A stretch of DNA of 64,000 nt from Escherichia coli. GTDB taxonomy: Bacteria > Pseudomonadota > Gammaproteobacteria > Enterobacterales > Enterobacteriaceae. Each line of letters opens with the position of its first letter. The first letter of the stretch is position 1. The stretch lies in assembly GCF_024223415.1 (NCBI RefSeq), contig NZ_CP100500.1; one strand, 5' to 3'. Positions 30,585 through 42,202 of the stretch are shown here, in pieces. The position numbers were made by a program, and so were the translations under genes. The notes under the pieces are model-generated. The model had not been told where the DNA came from. It ran no database searches and worked only from the letters and a program-made list of their open reading frames with translations.

Positions 30585-31358
30585 TCAGGCGTCGACTTTA
30601 TCCAGCGGCCATGAATCAAACAGATAGCCGTCAAAATAAATATCGTCAACGTTCGAGAATTCCAGCAGACGTTGCTTAACGTTTTCCAGATGCTGCCACA
30701 TTGCCAGCTTCGCCGCTCGGGCATCTTTTTTGATTAACGCGGCGAGGATCTGTTTGTGATCGCCCAACCACTCTTTGCGATACAGGCTGTCATCCAGATG
30801 GCTGTGCAACTGGATCCACATTGGATTGTTTTCCCGCCACTGCCAGGACTGACGGAATAACTCCACCAGCATGCTGTTATGCGTTGCTTCGGCAATGGCG
30901 AGATGGAACTGCATATCACCGCTTTCGCTGCTACCCGGCGCGCTGGAAGCCAGTTCACGCTCTTCCAGTTGCAATGCCTGACGCATTTTGACGATATCTT
31001 CGCGGGTAGCCTGCAGGGCGGCAAACTCGGCGATGTTACTTTCCAGTAACTGACGCGCCTGTAACAGCTCAAAAGGACCCGCATCATTGCAGACGTTGGC
31101 ATCCGGACTGTCTGTGTTGTGGCTGCCTGAGCTATCAAGAACATAGATACCGGCACCCCGGCGCACTTCCACCAGCCCTTTGATCTCCAGCATGATCAGC
31201 GCTTCACGTACCACCGTCCGCGTGACATCAAGCATTTCTGCAATTTCACGCTCCGGCGGTAGCCGTTCACCAGGATTGTACGGCGTCTTTATGATCAGAT
31301 CGCGGATCATCGCCCCGACTTCCTGGTAAGGTCTTTGCGCAGAGGTGGCAGATTTCAT
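30585..31358 (-). CDS. uxuR: Hexuronate regulon repressor UxuR (GntR/FadR family)
   Basis: 257 aa; GntR HTH (EREIAEMLDVTRTVVREALIMLEIKGLVEVRRGAGIYV). Confidence 0.95.
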   Translation of the reverse strand: MKSATSAQRPYQEVGAMIRDLIIKTPYNPGERLPPEREIAEMLDVTRTVVREALIMLEIKGLVEVRRGAGIYVLDSSGSHNTDSPDANVCNDAGPFELLQARQLLESNIAEFAALQATREDIVKMRQALQLEERELASSAPGSSESGDMQFHLAIAEATHNSMLVELFRQSWQWRENNPMWIQLHSHLDDSLYRKEWLGDHKQILAALIKKDARAAKLAMWQHLENVKQRLLEFSNVDDIYFDGYLFDSWPLDKVDA

Positions 31359-31395
31359 GGTGTTGTGTCCGTTAGGTGCGGTTAATCAAATTTTT

Positions 31396-31430
31396 GCCGG
31401 ATGCGGCGTGAACGCCTTATCCGGCCTACA
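31396..31430. repeat. REP element (GCCGGATGCGGCGTGAACGCCTTATCCGGCCTACA)
   Basis: Canonical REP consensus seen in sequence between uxuR and uxuB. Confidence 0.6.
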
Positions 31431-31572
31431 ACGGGCAATTTTACGGCCCCCGTTAATCTCAAACTATACCATTAGCACTGGAAGTTGGCACGTACAGGTG
31501 GGCAAAAAAACGAAAACTGGTCAACCAAATATCAGTTTGATTGACCAGTAAGTCTGTAGGGTAATCAGTTAG

Positions 31573-33033
31573 TTACAGCGCAGCCACACACTCGCGCGCA
31601 CCGCGTTCGCACAGCTGCTGATATGCCGCCGTCACCGCGCCAACAAAGTCGGCATTCTGCGGCAGATCATCGGCAAAAATACCGCTCAGGCCCAGCAGCG
31701 CTTTCACGCGGTCTGCGCCCTGATACTGCGCGTTAATCTTCTGGAACTCGGCCAGCATCGGGTCGACCACGTCAATGGCATTACCCTGCTCATCCACGCC
31801 CTGGGTGTAACGCATCCAGCCAGCCACGCCCAGCGCCAGGTGACGCCAGCTGCCGCCGTTTTGCAGGTGCAGACGCACCGGGTCCAGTAGACGCTGTGGT
31901 AACTTCTGGCTGCCGTCCATCGCAATCTGCCAGGTACGGTGACGCAGAGACGGGTTGCTGAAACGCTCGATCAGCAGCGTCGCATAGGCGTTCAGGTCCG
32001 TACCTTCCGGCATCGACAGCGTTGGCGCTTGTTCCTGCATCATCAGGGCAAAGGCCGCTTTGCGATAATCCGGGTTAGTCATGGTGTCGGCAATGGTTTC
32101 ATAGCCGCCGAGGTAACCGAGGTACGCCAGGAAAGAGTGGCTGCCGTTCAGCATACGCAGTTTCATCATTTCGAACGGCACAACGTCTGCAACGAACTGT
32201 GCGCCCACTTTATCCCAGTCCGGACGACCATTAACGAAGTTATCTTCAATCACCCACTGACGGAACGGTTCGCAGGCAATGGCGCACGGGTCGTAAACAC
32301 CCAGCTGGTCAGCAATTTCCTGTAAGGTTTCTGGCGTCGCCGCCGGAACGATGCGGTCAACCATGGTGCACGGGAAGGTGACGTTCTCTTCAATCCATGC
32401 CGCCAGCTGCGGGTCACGCGCCTGAGCCAGCCCCAGTACCGCGACCTTCGCCACATGACCGTTTTCACGCACGTTATCGCAGGACATGACAGTAAATGCT
32501 TTCAGCCCTTTTTCACGACGCAGACGCAAGGCTTCGACGATGTAACCAATCGCGGACTTCGGCGCAGTCGGGTTTTCCAGATCGTGCTTGATCAGCGGGT
32601 TATTGAGATCCAGTTGACCGCTTGCCGCATCAGCGCAGTAGCCTTTTTCCGTGACCGTCAGGGAGACAATCGCCGTCTGCGGACGCGCCATCGCGTTGAG
32701 AATACCTTCGCAACCGTCGATTTCCGGATGCAGCGCTTCTTTCATCGAACCGATAATTTTCAGCTCGGTGCTTTCTGCGCCTTTTTCCGCCACGGTGTAC
32801 AGCAGTTGCTGTTTTTTCAGGTTTTCGATCAGCACGCGGTCGTTGCCTGGCATCAGGTTAACTTCGCAGATGCCCCAGTCGCTGTCGGTGCTTTCCAGCA
32901 GATGATGGGTATACAGCGCCTGGTGCGCGCGGTGAAACGCCCCGCAACCGAGATGCACAATGCGTGATTCCAGACGAGAATGATCCCATGACGGGCGGGC
33001 AACCGGCAGATTGCTGTCAACAATAGTAGTCAT
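31573..33033 (-). CDS. uxuB: D-mannonate oxidoreductase UxuB
   Basis: 486 aa; N-terminal Rossmann motif HLGCGAFHRAHQ; synteny uxuA-uxuB-uxuR. Confidence 0.95.
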   Translation of the reverse strand: MTTIVDSNLPVARPSWDHSRLESRIVHLGCGAFHRAHQALYTHHLLESTDSDWGICEVNLMPGNDRVLIENLKKQQLLYTVAEKGAESTELKIIGSMKEALHPEIDGCEGILNAMARPQTAIVSLTVTEKGYCADAASGQLDLNNPLIKHDLENPTAPKSAIGYIVEALRLRREKGLKAFTVMSCDNVRENGHVAKVAVLGLAQARDPQLAAWIEENVTFPCTMVDRIVPAATPETLQEIADQLGVYDPCAIACEPFRQWVIEDNFVNGRPDWDKVGAQFVADVVPFEMMKLRMLNGSHSFLAYLGYLGGYETIADTMTNPDYRKAAFALMMQEQAPTLSMPEGTDLNAYATLLIERFSNPSLRHRTWQIAMDGSQKLPQRLLDPVRLHLQNGGSWRHLALGVAGWMRYTQGVDEQGNAIDVVDPMLAEFQKINAQYQGADRVKALLGLSGIFADDLPQNADFVGAVTAAYQQLCERGARECVAAL

Positions 33034-33113
33034 CGTAAACTCCAGAATCCGTCTTCAAAGAGTGACGGCAAGGAAGAAGGAACCGGCACGGCGCGCAGCC
33101 ATGCCGGTGGATA

Positions 33114-34298
33114 TTAACGGCTAAAGAAAGCGCGCTGGATCGCCAGTTCGACACCGCGAACTTCGGCCAGGCCTTTCAGACGACCAATTGCGGAGTAACC
33201 TGGGTTAGTTTTCTTCTTCAGGTCGTCCAGCATCTGATGACCGTGGTCCGGGCGCATCGGGATCAGGTCTTCTTTGCCTTCCGCTTTACGACGGTGTTCT
33301 TCTTCAACAATCGCTTTCACCACTTCGTACATATCAACGTCACCGTTCAGGTGCGCCGCTTCGTGGAAGGTTTTCGGGTTATCTTCACGCATGGTGGAAC
33401 GCAGATGGGTGAAGTAAATGCGCGGACCGAACTGCTTGATCATATCAACCAGATCGTTGTCAGCACGCACGCCGTAGGAACCGGTGCACATGGTGAAACC
33501 GTTCGCCATGCTATTTACGGTATCAACCATCCACTGCATATCTTCAATGGTAGAAACAATGCGCGGCAGGCCGAGGATTGGGCGCGGCGGATCGTCCGGG
33601 TGAACAGCCATACGCACGCCAACTTCTTCGGCAACCGGAATAATCGCCTTCAGGAAGACCGCAAAGTTTTCGCGCAGTTTGGCTTTGTCGATATCTTTGT
33701 ACAGCTCCAGGTGCTTACGGAACTGGTCGAGGGTGTACCCTTCTTCCGCGCCCGGCAGACCGGCAATGATGTTACGGGTCAGACGCGCTTTGTCTTCGTC
33801 GCTCATAGTGGCGAAGCGTTCAGCTGCCTGAGCAACTTCTTCTTCGGTGTAATCCGCTTCCGCGCCTGGACGTTTCAGGATATGCATTTCGAATGCAGCG
33901 AATTCGATCTGGTCGAAGCGCAGAGCTTTGGAGCCGTCTGGCAGCACGTATTCGAGGTCAGTACGGGTCCAGTCGAGCACCGGCATGAAGTTGTAGCACA
34001 CGGTGCGAATGCCGCACTGCGCCAGGTTGCGCAGAGTCTGCTGATAGTTAGCGATCCACTGCTCATAGTTGCCGGTATGGGTTTTGATATCTTCATGAAT
34101 TGGCACGCTTTCTACGACAGACCACACCAGGCCTGCGTCTTCAACGATCGCCTTGCGTTTGAGGATCTCTTCTACGGACCATACTTCGCCGTTCGGGATA
34201 TGGTGCAGCGCGGTAACCACGCCAGTTGCGCCCGCCTGACGGACATCAGCTAAAGAAACCGGATCGTTTGGGCCGTACCAGCGCCAGGTCTGTTCCAT
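33114..34298 (-). CDS. uxuA: D-mannonate dehydratase UxuA
   Basis: ORF track 33114..34334; start at [16 protein letters not shown] (34298) gives 394 aa. Confidence 0.95.
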   Translation of the reverse strand: MEQTWRWYGPNDPVSLADVRQAGATGVVTALHHIPNGEVWSVEEILKRKAIVEDAGLVWSVVESVPIHEDIKTHTGNYEQWIANYQQTLRNLAQCGIRTVCYNFMPVLDWTRTDLEYVLPDGSKALRFDQIEFAAFEMHILKRPGAEADYTEEEVAQAAERFATMSDEDKARLTRNIIAGLPGAEEGYTLDQFRKHLELYKDIDKAKLRENFAVFLKAIIPVAEEVGVRMAVHPDDPPRPILGLPRIVSTIEDMQWMVDTVNSMANGFTMCTGSYGVRADNDLVDMIKQFGPRIYFTHLRSTMREDNPKTFHEAAHLNGDVDMYEVVKAIVEEEHRRKAEGKEDLIPMRPDHGHQMLDDLKKKTNPGYSAIGRLKGLAEVRGVELAIQRAFFSR

Positions 34299-34637
34299 GA
34301 TTTTTCCTCTTTCACATAGTGGGTTCCACAGCAAAGAGACGCGGAACCCTGGAGTTGTTTAGGTATCCGGATGAACAACCAGACCGCAGCCGTGGCGTTG
34401 CATCGGATGAGATGGCGTATAAGTTCTACCTTTTGGTAAGACATGTCAACCCGAATTCTAAAATTGGTTAACCACATCACAAGAATTTCACTCTCCTGGT
34501 TGTTGCTGCAAATTGCAGCAAAGGGTAATCGATGGTTATTGATCAGAGGATGTGACATTCATCGCAACAATGGTTGACCAATTTACATAACATGTCGCCC
34601 AAAATAACAACGGTTCAACCAGGTAAGGTAAAACGTT

Positions 34638-35981
34638 ATGCATGTGCTTAACATTCTCTGGGTGGTATTCGGCATTGGTCTGATGCTGGTACTGAATTTG
34701 AAGTTCAAAATCAATTCAATGGTGGCTTTGTTGGTGGCGGCGCTGTCCGTCGGGATGCTGGCGGGCATGGATTTGATGTCGCTGCTGCACACCATGAAAG
34801 CGGGCTTCGGCAACACGCTGGGGGAACTGGCTATCATCGTGGTGTTCGGTGCGGTCATCGGTAAATTGATGGTCGACTCCGGCGCGGCTCACCAGATAGC
34901 GCATACGTTGCTGGCGCGTCTCGGTCTGCGCTATGTACAGCTGTCAGTGATTATCATCGGCCTGATTTTTGGTCTGGCGATGTTCTATGAAGTGGCCTTT
35001 ATCATGTTAGCGCCGCTGGTTATTGTTATTGCCGCCGAAGCTAAAATTCCGTTCCTGAAACTGGCGATCCCGGCAGTAGCAGCTGCCACTACCGCACATT
35101 CACTGTTCCCACCGCAGCCGGGTCCGGTGGCGCTGGTGAATGCTTATGGCGCAGATATGGGGATGGTTTATATCTATGGCGTACTGGTGACGATCCCAAG
35201 TGTAATCTGCGCAGGTCTGATCCTGCCGAAGTTCCTCGGCAATCTTGAGCGCCCAACGCCATCATTCCTGAAAGCAGATCAACCGGTAGATATGAACAAT
35301 CTGCCCTCTTTCGGCGTTTCGATTCTGGTGCCGCTGATCCCGGCGATCATTATGATCTCTACCACCATCGCCAATATCTGGCTGGTAAAAGATACCCCTG
35401 CCTGGGAAGTGGTTAACTTTATCGGTTCCTCGCCGATTGCAATGTTTATTGCGATGGTGGTTGCATTCGTACTCTTTGGCACCGCACGTGGTCATGACAT
35501 GCAATGGGTGATGAACGCTTTTGAAAGTGCGGTGAAAAGCATTGCAATGGTGATTCTGATCATCGGTGCGGGTGGCGTGCTGAAGCAAACTATCATCGAC
35601 ACCGGCATTGGCGACACCATCGGCATGTTGATGTCCCACGGCAATATCTCGCCCTACATTATGGCATGGCTGATCACTGTGCTAATTCGTCTGGCGACGG
35701 GTCAGGGTGTCGTTTCGGCGATGACCGCCGCCGGGATTATCAGTGCTGCAATCCTTGATCCAGCAACTGGTCAGCTGATTGGCGTGAATTCGGCGCTGCT
35801 GGTGCTGGCGACGGCTGCGGGTTCCAACACCCTCACCCACATTAATGATGCCTCATTCTGGCTGTTCAAAGGTTACTTTGACCTGTCAGTAAAAGACACG
35901 TTGAAAACCTGGGGACTGCTGGAGCTGGTCAACTCCGTGGTTGGGCTGATTATTGTGTTGATTATTAGCATGGTAGCGTAA
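34638..35981 (+). CDS. gntP: Gluconate/fructuronate transporter GntP
   Basis: 447-aa polytopic membrane protein of the GntP family; synteny. Confidence 0.95.
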   Translation: MHVLNILWVVFGIGLMLVLNLKFKINSMVALLVAALSVGMLAGMDLMSLLHTMKAGFGNTLGELAIIVVFGAVIGKLMVDSGAAHQIAHTLLARLGLRYVQLSVIIIGLIFGLAMFYEVAFIMLAPLVIVIAAEAKIPFLKLAIPAVAAATTAHSLFPPQPGPVALVNAYGADMGMVYIYGVLVTIPSVICAGLILPKFLGNLERPTPSFLKADQPVDMNNLPSFGVSILVPLIPAIIMISTTIANIWLVKDTPAWEVVNFIGSSPIAMFIAMVVAFVLFGTARGHDMQWVMNAFESAVKSIAMVILIIGAGGVLKQTIIDTGIGDTIGMLMSHGNISPYIMAWLITVLIRLATGQGVVSAMTAAGIISAAILDPATGQLIGVNSALLVLATAAGSNTLTHINDASFWLFKGYFDLSVKDTLKTWGLLELVNSVVGLIIVLIISMVA

Positions 35982-36046
35982 AAGAACACCAGAGCCTGCC
36001 AATGGCAGGCTCAGTTCGGATTGTCGGCAAAGTGCGCTTTGTTTAT

Positions 36047-36084
36047 GCCAGATGCGACGCTGACGCGTCTTATCTGGCCTACAA
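36047..36084. repeat. REP element (TGCCAGATGCGACGCTGACGCGTCTTATCTGGCCTACA)
   Basis: REP-type palindrome between gntP and fimH seen in sequence. Confidence 0.55.
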
Positions 36085-36155
36085 AGGGCTAACGTGCAGG
36101 TTTTTAGCTTCAGGTAATATTTGCGTACCTGCATTAGCAATGCCCTGTGATTTCT

Positions 36156-37058
36156 TTATTGATAAACAAAAGTCACGCCAATAATCGATTGCACATTCCC
36201 TGCAGTCACCTGCCCTCCGGTACGTGCGTAATTTGCCGTTAATCCCAGACTTACCGCCGAAGTTCCTACTGCTCCTAACGATACCGTGTTATTCGCTGGA
36301 ATAATCGTACCGTTGCGCGTCAACTGTACGCCGACGCCCTGCGCTGGTGAAAACGACGCGGTATTGGTGAAAATCGAGTTGCCCGCATCTGCGGTTGTGC
36401 CGGAGAGGTAATACCCCAGGTTTTGGCTTTTCGCACAATAAACGGTAAGAGGAATTGGCACTGAACCAGGGTAGTCCGGCAGAGTAACAGTGACATCACG
36501 AGCAGAAACATCGCAGCCGCCAGTAGGCACCACCACATCATTATTGGCGTAAATATTCCACACAAACTGGAAATCATCGCTGTTATAGTTGTTGGTCTGT
36601 CGCAAAATAAGCACGGCAATTAATGAGCCAGCTTTAATCGCCACCCCGCCCGCACTGCTCACAGGCGTCAAATAAAGCGCCACCGGCCACGGCTTATCCG
36701 TTCTCGAATTATAAACAACCCGCGGCGTTTCGCTGGTGGTCGGAAATGGATAGCTACTGCCACTATATTTTACGGTCCCGGAAAAATTAGATAACACGCC
36801 GCCATAAGCCGAGCCTCGTTGCAGTGTGACATAGTCTGTAATGGTTTCCGGATAATCGTTATGGCAAAAGATTTGCGTCGAAAGATCTACGACCAGGTTT
36901 TGCCCCACATTCACGGCAGGCGCAAGGTTTACATAAACATTAGCGCTGCCACCGCCAATAGGGATAGCGGTACCATTGGCGGTTTTACAGGCGAATGACC
37001 AGGCATTTACCGACCAGCCCATCAGCAGTACAGCAAACAGGGTAATAACTCGTTTCAT
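36156..37058 (-). CDS. fimH: Type 1 fimbrial tip adhesin FimH (mannose-specific)
   Basis: 300 aa; N-terminal MKRVITLFAVLLMGWSVNAWSFACKTANGTAIPIGGGSANVYVNLAP matches FimH. Confidence 0.97.
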   Translation of the reverse strand: MKRVITLFAVLLMGWSVNAWSFACKTANGTAIPIGGGSANVYVNLAPAVNVGQNLVVDLSTQIFCHNDYPETITDYVTLQRGSAYGGVLSNFSGTVKYSGSSYPFPTTSETPRVVYNSRTDKPWPVALYLTPVSSAGGVAIKAGSLIAVLILRQTNNYNSDDFQFVWNIYANNDVVVPTGGCDVSARDVTVTLPDYPGSVPIPLTVYCAKSQNLGYYLSGTTADAGNSIFTNTASFSPAQGVGVQLTRNGTIIPANNTVSLGAVGTSAVSLGLTANYARTGGQVTAGNVQSIIGVTFVYQ

Positions 37059-37077
37059 TACAATTATCTCTTCGGGT

Positions 37078-37581
37078 TCAGCTGTAGGTATAGGTGATGC
37101 TAATCACTGCCTGAATGGTTCCCTGAGTGGCTCCGCCATTTACCGTCAATGCTCTGACCTGTAACGGGAAGTGCGCTGATTGTGAGGAATCATCCACCTG
37201 AACTGTTTTGGTTGCGCCAGTATTCAATGTGTTGCCACTGTCATCCTGTAGCTCTAACTGGATGTTTTGCGCGGTCCCCTGGTTTTTATAATATCCGGTA
37301 CTGTCGGCTGCCCCGCTGAAGCTGGCAGTGACCCTCGACGTTCCCACCGGACAATTAGTCAACTCAAGCGCAACATCATGCCAGGCCGATGCCGCCCCGG
37401 CAGACATCAGACTGAAAGAATAAAGATCGCCGAGATCAACCATGGCATTGGTGGTGGAAACTGTGCACGGTTTGGCGACGACCTTACCGTTCACCGTGAT
37501 GGTGACATCGGCTGCCTGTATCGTCGCACTTGCGAGCGCCAATATTGCCGCCAATAAATACCCACGTTTGCGCCATTTCAT
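37078..37581 (-). CDS. fimG: Type 1 fimbrial minor subunit FimG
   Basis: ORF track to 37587; start MKWRKRGYLLAAILALASA; 167 aa. Confidence 0.95.
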   Translation of the reverse strand: MKWRKRGYLLAAILALASATIQAADVTITVNGKVVAKPCTVSTTNAMVDLGDLYSFSLMSAGAASAWHDVALELTNCPVGTSRVTASFSGAADSTGYYKNQGTAQNIQLELQDDSGNTLNTGATKTVQVDDSSQSAHFPLQVRALTVNGGATQGTIQAVISITYTYS

Positions 37582-37593
37582 GAGCATCTCCAG

Positions 37594-38124
37594 TTACTGA
37601 TATTCAAGAGTGAAGGTAGCCGTGGCATTGATATGCCCCGCAGTGACAGGCACCTGTGTCGCCATTAGCCGGGCGTAAAAATTCAACGTATTTGGTTTAC
37701 CCGGCGTCAGGGTCGTCCACGAAATCGCGGACGATGGAGCATTAAGGGGTATCTGATTTTGCTGCTCATTCAGAAGCTGTATTCCCAGTCCCGAAGCCGC
37801 TGACACCGTATTTTCAAGTGCAAGCAGGTTGGCATTGTGGCTATCTGCAACGCCGGTAAACCCAACCTTTACGGCAGAAACGGCGTTACCACAGGGTGAC
37901 AGCAAAATACGAAATGGAACGACAGGAGTCGTTGCGCCAATGTTGTTAAATTGCTTCGCCGCGTTTTCCATCAAATCAACAGTAAAATTGGTTGATTCAG
38001 CGGCCACACTACAGCCGTTATCTCTGACATAGCCGCGGATAGTAATCGTGCTATCCGCAGCCAAAGCGTGACTCACCGCCAGCCACAAAAAAGCGCACAG
38101 AAGATAAAAAGGTTTGTTTCTCAT
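37594..38124 (-). CDS. fimF: Type 1 fimbrial minor subunit FimF
   Basis: ORF track to 38127; start [22 protein letters not shown]; 176 aa. Confidence 0.95.
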   Translation of the reverse strand: MRNKPFYLLCAFLWLAVSHALAADSTITIRGYVRDNGCSVAAESTNFTVDLMENAAKQFNNIGATTPVVPFRILLSPCGNAVSAVKVGFTGVADSHNANLLALENTVSAASGLGIQLLNEQQNQIPLNAPSSAISWTTLTPGKPNTLNFYARLMATQVPVTAGHINATATFTLEYQ

Positions 38125-38133
38125 CACGCCCCC

Positions 38134-40770
38134 TTAACGACATTCAGCTGATAGCTGGGTTAATAACTGCTGCTGACTCTCTGGTGGCAGTTGATAATTG
38201 GCGACACAGTGAGCATTTTCCTCTTCTCCCCATTTCACCTGAACTTTTCCCGCTAGAGGCATTCCGCTGAGGTAAACCTGACCATTATCCGCAACAATGC
38301 CGCTACTCTGGCTACTCTCTGATGTCACCATCGCCCCAAACGGCAGCGGCTTATTATTGTGGGTTAGCGTCATGAGCAGTTTTATCCCAACGCGCGCTTT
38401 AAACTCTGCTCGCACGATCGCCCCACGAGTGGGAACAACGTTAGCGACCGCGTTATCTAAATCGACGTTATCAGCCAGGGTATTGGTATCCAGCGCCACT
38501 CTGTTTTCCCGATATTCGGTGGCATAAGGCAGCACGGCATAACCGCGCCAGTCGGTACGCACCCCCGTCTGGTTTTCGACTTTTGCATCTTTTGCGCCAG
38601 GCGCTTTAACAAGCACCACCGTATCGTTTAACGGCTGCCCCAGCGTTACGCCATTGGCATGAGCCAGTACCCCACCGCTGACTCCGTAATAGAGCTGCTT
38701 AATATCATCGCTATGGCTGTAACCGATATTGGCATTGCCGTAACCACCGCGATAATTCAGCGTGGCGTAGCCTGTACTTCCGCTATTACCATCGCCTCCC
38801 CCGGCATAGCCGGTTTGCACGCTATAACTGAGGTTGTTGTCTTCCAGCAACGTACCGTATACACCAGCCAGATTGGTCATCCGACCGTTGAGATCGTGTG
38901 ACATGCTGTAGCTGGCACTGGCATGTCGCCACTGAGATCTACTGTCAGAACGCAGCCAGTGGCTGAAAGGAATATTGACGTTAAGCGCTAACATCTGATC
39001 CCGTCCTTTTTGCCAGGCGTTTTTCGTCAGGCTATAGCTGAGCGTCCAGTTGATATCTTCGAACGCAGTATTTAAACCAGCCTGGAATTGCTCATCGACA
39101 TTACTCGTTCCCCAATAAGTTTGATGGCTACCACTCAAATACAGTGTTGATGTGCGCCCGAGTTGCTGAGTAACGGTGAGCTGTAATTTCCCGCGTTTGT
39201 TATAAGCGAGGTTGTAATAGTCGGTGAATTTCGGCTTAACCTGAATAACTCCATCCTGTGTTTCGATGTTGTAGCCATTCATTCGACTGTATGTTGTATC
39301 AGCGAAATTAAAATATCCGCTGGTCGAATAACGGTAACCCACTAACTGAATATTCGTGCCTGACTCATTGAGCGATTTGTTATAGAGAAAACGCACCGAT
39401 TGTCCGTCATGCTGACTGTCATCGGGAAGTGTGGAATTAGCCTGCGTCATATCCACAGACAGAGCGCCCAGTGCCCCCATGTTTTTCCCGATACCGAAAT
39501 TAAAAGCACGATAACGATCTGCCAGTTGCGTTCCACCATATATTGTCCAGCCAGCCGGAAGGCCGTGGAGTAATGTACTTTGGAAAAAGCGGGGTTTTTC
39601 CTGTTGCGCATTTCCACTACGGTATTCTCCTGCCGTAATGGAATAACGAGTATGCCCTTCACGTTGCAAAAGCGGGACTGACGAATAGGGTACGGTAAAA
39701 ATCTGCGTGCTGCCGTCAGCCTCTTTAATCGTTACCTGCAAGTCACCACTATTACCTGCGGCATAGATATCGTTGATGGTAAAAGGCCCCGGCGGCACCG
39801 TACTATTATAAATGTCATACCCATTTTGTTTAATAGTGACCTGTGCAGTACCACGAGCAATACCGTGGATCACCGGGGCAAATCCTCTTTGGCTATCGGG
39901 TAACATATTGTCATCTGAGGCCAATTGTGCGCCGCGAAAGTTAATACCATCGAAAATATCGCCCTGAGTATAACCATCACCCAGCGTCAGCCGGGAACGT
40001 AACGGTATTATGTCTCGCTCAAGCCAGGTATTGATATGCTGCCATTTATTTTTGCTACCTGATGATCTGTCGCTACTGTTATAACTCCAGGTGGTATTGT
40101 CGCGTAAACGCCACGCACCAATATTTAACCCACTCTGTAGGTTTAAATATGCATAATGGCTGTTACCCCCAATCCGATTCTGTACACTATTTCCGCTGAA
40201 ATTATAATTGAGCAATCCGGCATTAATACCGGGATCCCATAACTCAGGAGGAATATAACCACGCGCGCGATTACTCATAAATGCCTGAGGGATCGTCAGG
40301 TTGAGTCGCTGCTGACCAACATCCAGATGCGCAGTAGCGTCATGGATCATTGAGGTTAATGGCACGCAGGCATCATCCGCCAGCAGATTCATACCGGAGA
40401 CAGAAGCCGTATTCAGCCCCATACTGGCAAGTTGCGCGCGTGTCAGGCAGGGAACAATCCCTTGTTCGCTGTCGCCCGTATTAAATGTGACATCACGCGT
40501 TGCCATATAACCATTATTCAAATAGATATCGACACGATACGTCCCTGGCGGTAATTCTTGCCCATTTTCAAAACGCGATAAATCGGCCACAGCCTGGGGA
40601 TCATCCGCTAAAAAGCGCGGATTAAAATAGAGTTCGGCAGATGACAAAGGTGCCTGTGCGGCAAAAGCACAGGCGACAACGAGCCGGACAAAAAAACCAG
40701 CCAAACGATGCTTACGAATATGCAAGCATTGTGTGTTTCGCTGGTAAAGTCTTAAATTCAGATATGACAT
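38134..40770 (-). CDS. fimD: Type 1 fimbrial outer membrane usher FimD
   Basis: 878 aa; usher-family sequence, synteny fimC-fimD-fimF. Confidence 0.97.
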   Translation of the reverse strand: MSYLNLRLYQRNTQCLHIRKHRLAGFFVRLVVACAFAAQAPLSSAELYFNPRFLADDPQAVADLSRFENGQELPPGTYRVDIYLNNGYMATRDVTFNTGDSEQGIVPCLTRAQLASMGLNTASVSGMNLLADDACVPLTSMIHDATAHLDVGQQRLNLTIPQAFMSNRARGYIPPELWDPGINAGLLNYNFSGNSVQNRIGGNSHYAYLNLQSGLNIGAWRLRDNTTWSYNSSDRSSGSKNKWQHINTWLERDIIPLRSRLTLGDGYTQGDIFDGINFRGAQLASDDNMLPDSQRGFAPVIHGIARGTAQVTIKQNGYDIYNSTVPPGPFTINDIYAAGNSGDLQVTIKEADGSTQIFTVPYSSVPLLQREGHTRYSITAGEYRSGNAQQEKPRFFQSTLLHGLPAGWTIYGGTQLADRYRAFNFGIGKNMGALGALSVDMTQANSTLPDDSQHDGQSVRFLYNKSLNESGTNIQLVGYRYSTSGYFNFADTTYSRMNGYNIETQDGVIQVKPKFTDYYNLAYNKRGKLQLTVTQQLGRTSTLYLSGSHQTYWGTSNVDEQFQAGLNTAFEDINWTLSYSLTKNAWQKGRDQMLALNVNIPFSHWLRSDSRSQWRHASASYSMSHDLNGRMTNLAGVYGTLLEDNNLSYSVQTGYAGGGDGNSGSTGYATLNYRGGYGNANIGYSHSDDIKQLYYGVSGGVLAHANGVTLGQPLNDTVVLVKAPGAKDAKVENQTGVRTDWRGYAVLPYATEYRENRVALDTNTLADNVDLDNAVANVVPTRGAIVRAEFKARVGIKLLMTLTHNNKPLPFGAMVTSESSQSSGIVADNGQVYLSGMPLAGKVQVKWGEEENAHCVANYQLPPESQQQLLTQLSAECR

Positions 40771-40836
40771 TATTCCTCCGGTTTAAAATCACCCGGCAGT
40801 CAATTCTTTTTATTCAGGCGAAAAATTCCCCCTGCG

Positions 40837-41562
40837 TTATTCCATTACGCCCGTCATTTTGGGGGTAAGTGCGCCATAATCATTTATTGTTCGGTAAGTA
40901 ATATTGCTTCCTGCATCAGAAGGCAATTTAACCGTGCTTTCGCCCATTGGAGGCACCAATGCATTTTCAAGAACCCGGGTTCCGGCATTCAACTCTGTTA
41001 CCGTCAGGTAATAGGGTGTCGGGTTAATCAGCGTCAGAGAATTCGCGCTACGACGAAATCTTAATTTTTCTGCGGCCTGATCGGGTGGCAACGCTAATTT
41101 AGCCGGACGATAGTACAGTTTAATGCGGCTGATAATTGCGAGCTGTAGCGTATTCTCAGTCAATTTTGATTTATCCATTGACGGAATCGCTTTAACGTTC
41201 ATCCAGAATAAACTTTCCCGGTCCTGTGGCAATTGGTTATTTGTTGCATCAAGAATACGCAAGGTATTCTCTTTTTTTCCCTTCATCGCAAACAGAGGAG
41301 GCGTCACGATAAAACGACCATCCTTTACACCATCGGCATTTTCCACCCATGATTGAATTAAATAGGTACTATTTTCATCATTATTTGTCACGGCAAGTTG
41401 CACTTGTTTTTGCCCTGCCGGATAAATTACGCGAGTCGCACCTAAGGCCACTCCCGCTTCAGCGCGTCCGGCAACCATCATTGCCATGAACATCAGGATA
41501 CCTGCCAGCAAGCAGAATATTATTTCCTGCGATTTCCTTACATTGACGTTTTTATTACTCAC
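40837..41562 (-). CDS. fimC: Type 1 fimbrial periplasmic chaperone FimC
   Basis: 241 aa; PapD-like chaperone, signal peptide. Confidence 0.97.
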   Translation of the reverse strand: MSNKNVNVRKSQEIIFCLLAGILMFMAMMVAGRAEAGVALGATRVIYPAGQKQVQLAVTNNDENSTYLIQSWVENADGVKDGRFIVTPPLFAMKGKKENTLRILDATNNQLPQDRESLFWMNVKAIPSMDKSKLTENTLQLAIISRIKLYYRPAKLALPPDQAAEKLRFRRSANSLTLINPTPYYLTVTELNAGTRVLENALVPPMGESTVKLPSDAGSNITYRTINDYGALTPKMTGVME

Positions 41563-41598
41563 TGTCCTGTTCCTGTTATCACATTATCTGCTGAACAA

Positions 41599-42138
41599 TT
41601 ACTGATAGGTTAAAGAGAACCAGGCCTGGGCATTGGCGATGCCGCCAGTAACCCGACGCCCGGTAGCACGATATTTGGCGATGAAATGTAGCGAAGTAGA
41701 GCCTGAGTAAAGCCGTTTCCAGTTTGCTGGAGGACGATTAATCGGTACGAGGTTTCCTTCATCATCAAACAACGCTACGCCAATATTGGTGGCTATCCCT
41801 GGCCCCTCTCCCACGGAAAGCACATCCGGATTTTTACCATCCGCGACACCGTGAAACGCCACACCCACACGTTCACTCACCACCGTGCTACATTCCCGTA
41901 AATGAATAACAAAAGGCACCGGTGCGCTATCTTCCCCTACCGCATGAAACCGGTTACTGCTGATTTGCCCCATATTGACCGTCATTTGTTTATCACCGGC
42001 TTCAATCCGGCAAGTTTCCGCAATAATGACGCCCTGAAATTGCATATTTCCGCCGGGCAGCGTGGTATTCCATTTATTTCCGGCCAGAGCAAACATTGGC
42101 AGCAACGACGCTAATAGAAATAATCTCTTCCTTTTCAT
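41599..42138 (-). CDS. fimI: Type 1 fimbrial subunit-like protein FimI
   Basis: ORF track to 42270; start placed at [19 protein letters not shown] (42138) for a 179-aa pilin-like product; longer upstream extension is the alternative. Confidence 0.85.
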
Positions 42139-42202
42139 CGTTATTTTTATCGCACAAGGGTGGGCATCCCTGCCCGTAATGACGTCCCTGAACCTGGGTA
42201 GG

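Noticed and set aside
31939-34253. Long antisense ORFs inside uxuB and uxuA (for example 33237..34253 +, 338 aa; 32455..32967 +)
   Set aside because: They are mirror frames of highly conserved uxuB/uxuA coding sequence; long antisense ORFs are common in GC-rich E. coli genes and show no independent start signals.
36002-36184. 60-aa ORF between gntP and fimH
   Set aside because: It coincides with a REP palindrome and intergenic sequence and has no RBS; not considered coding.
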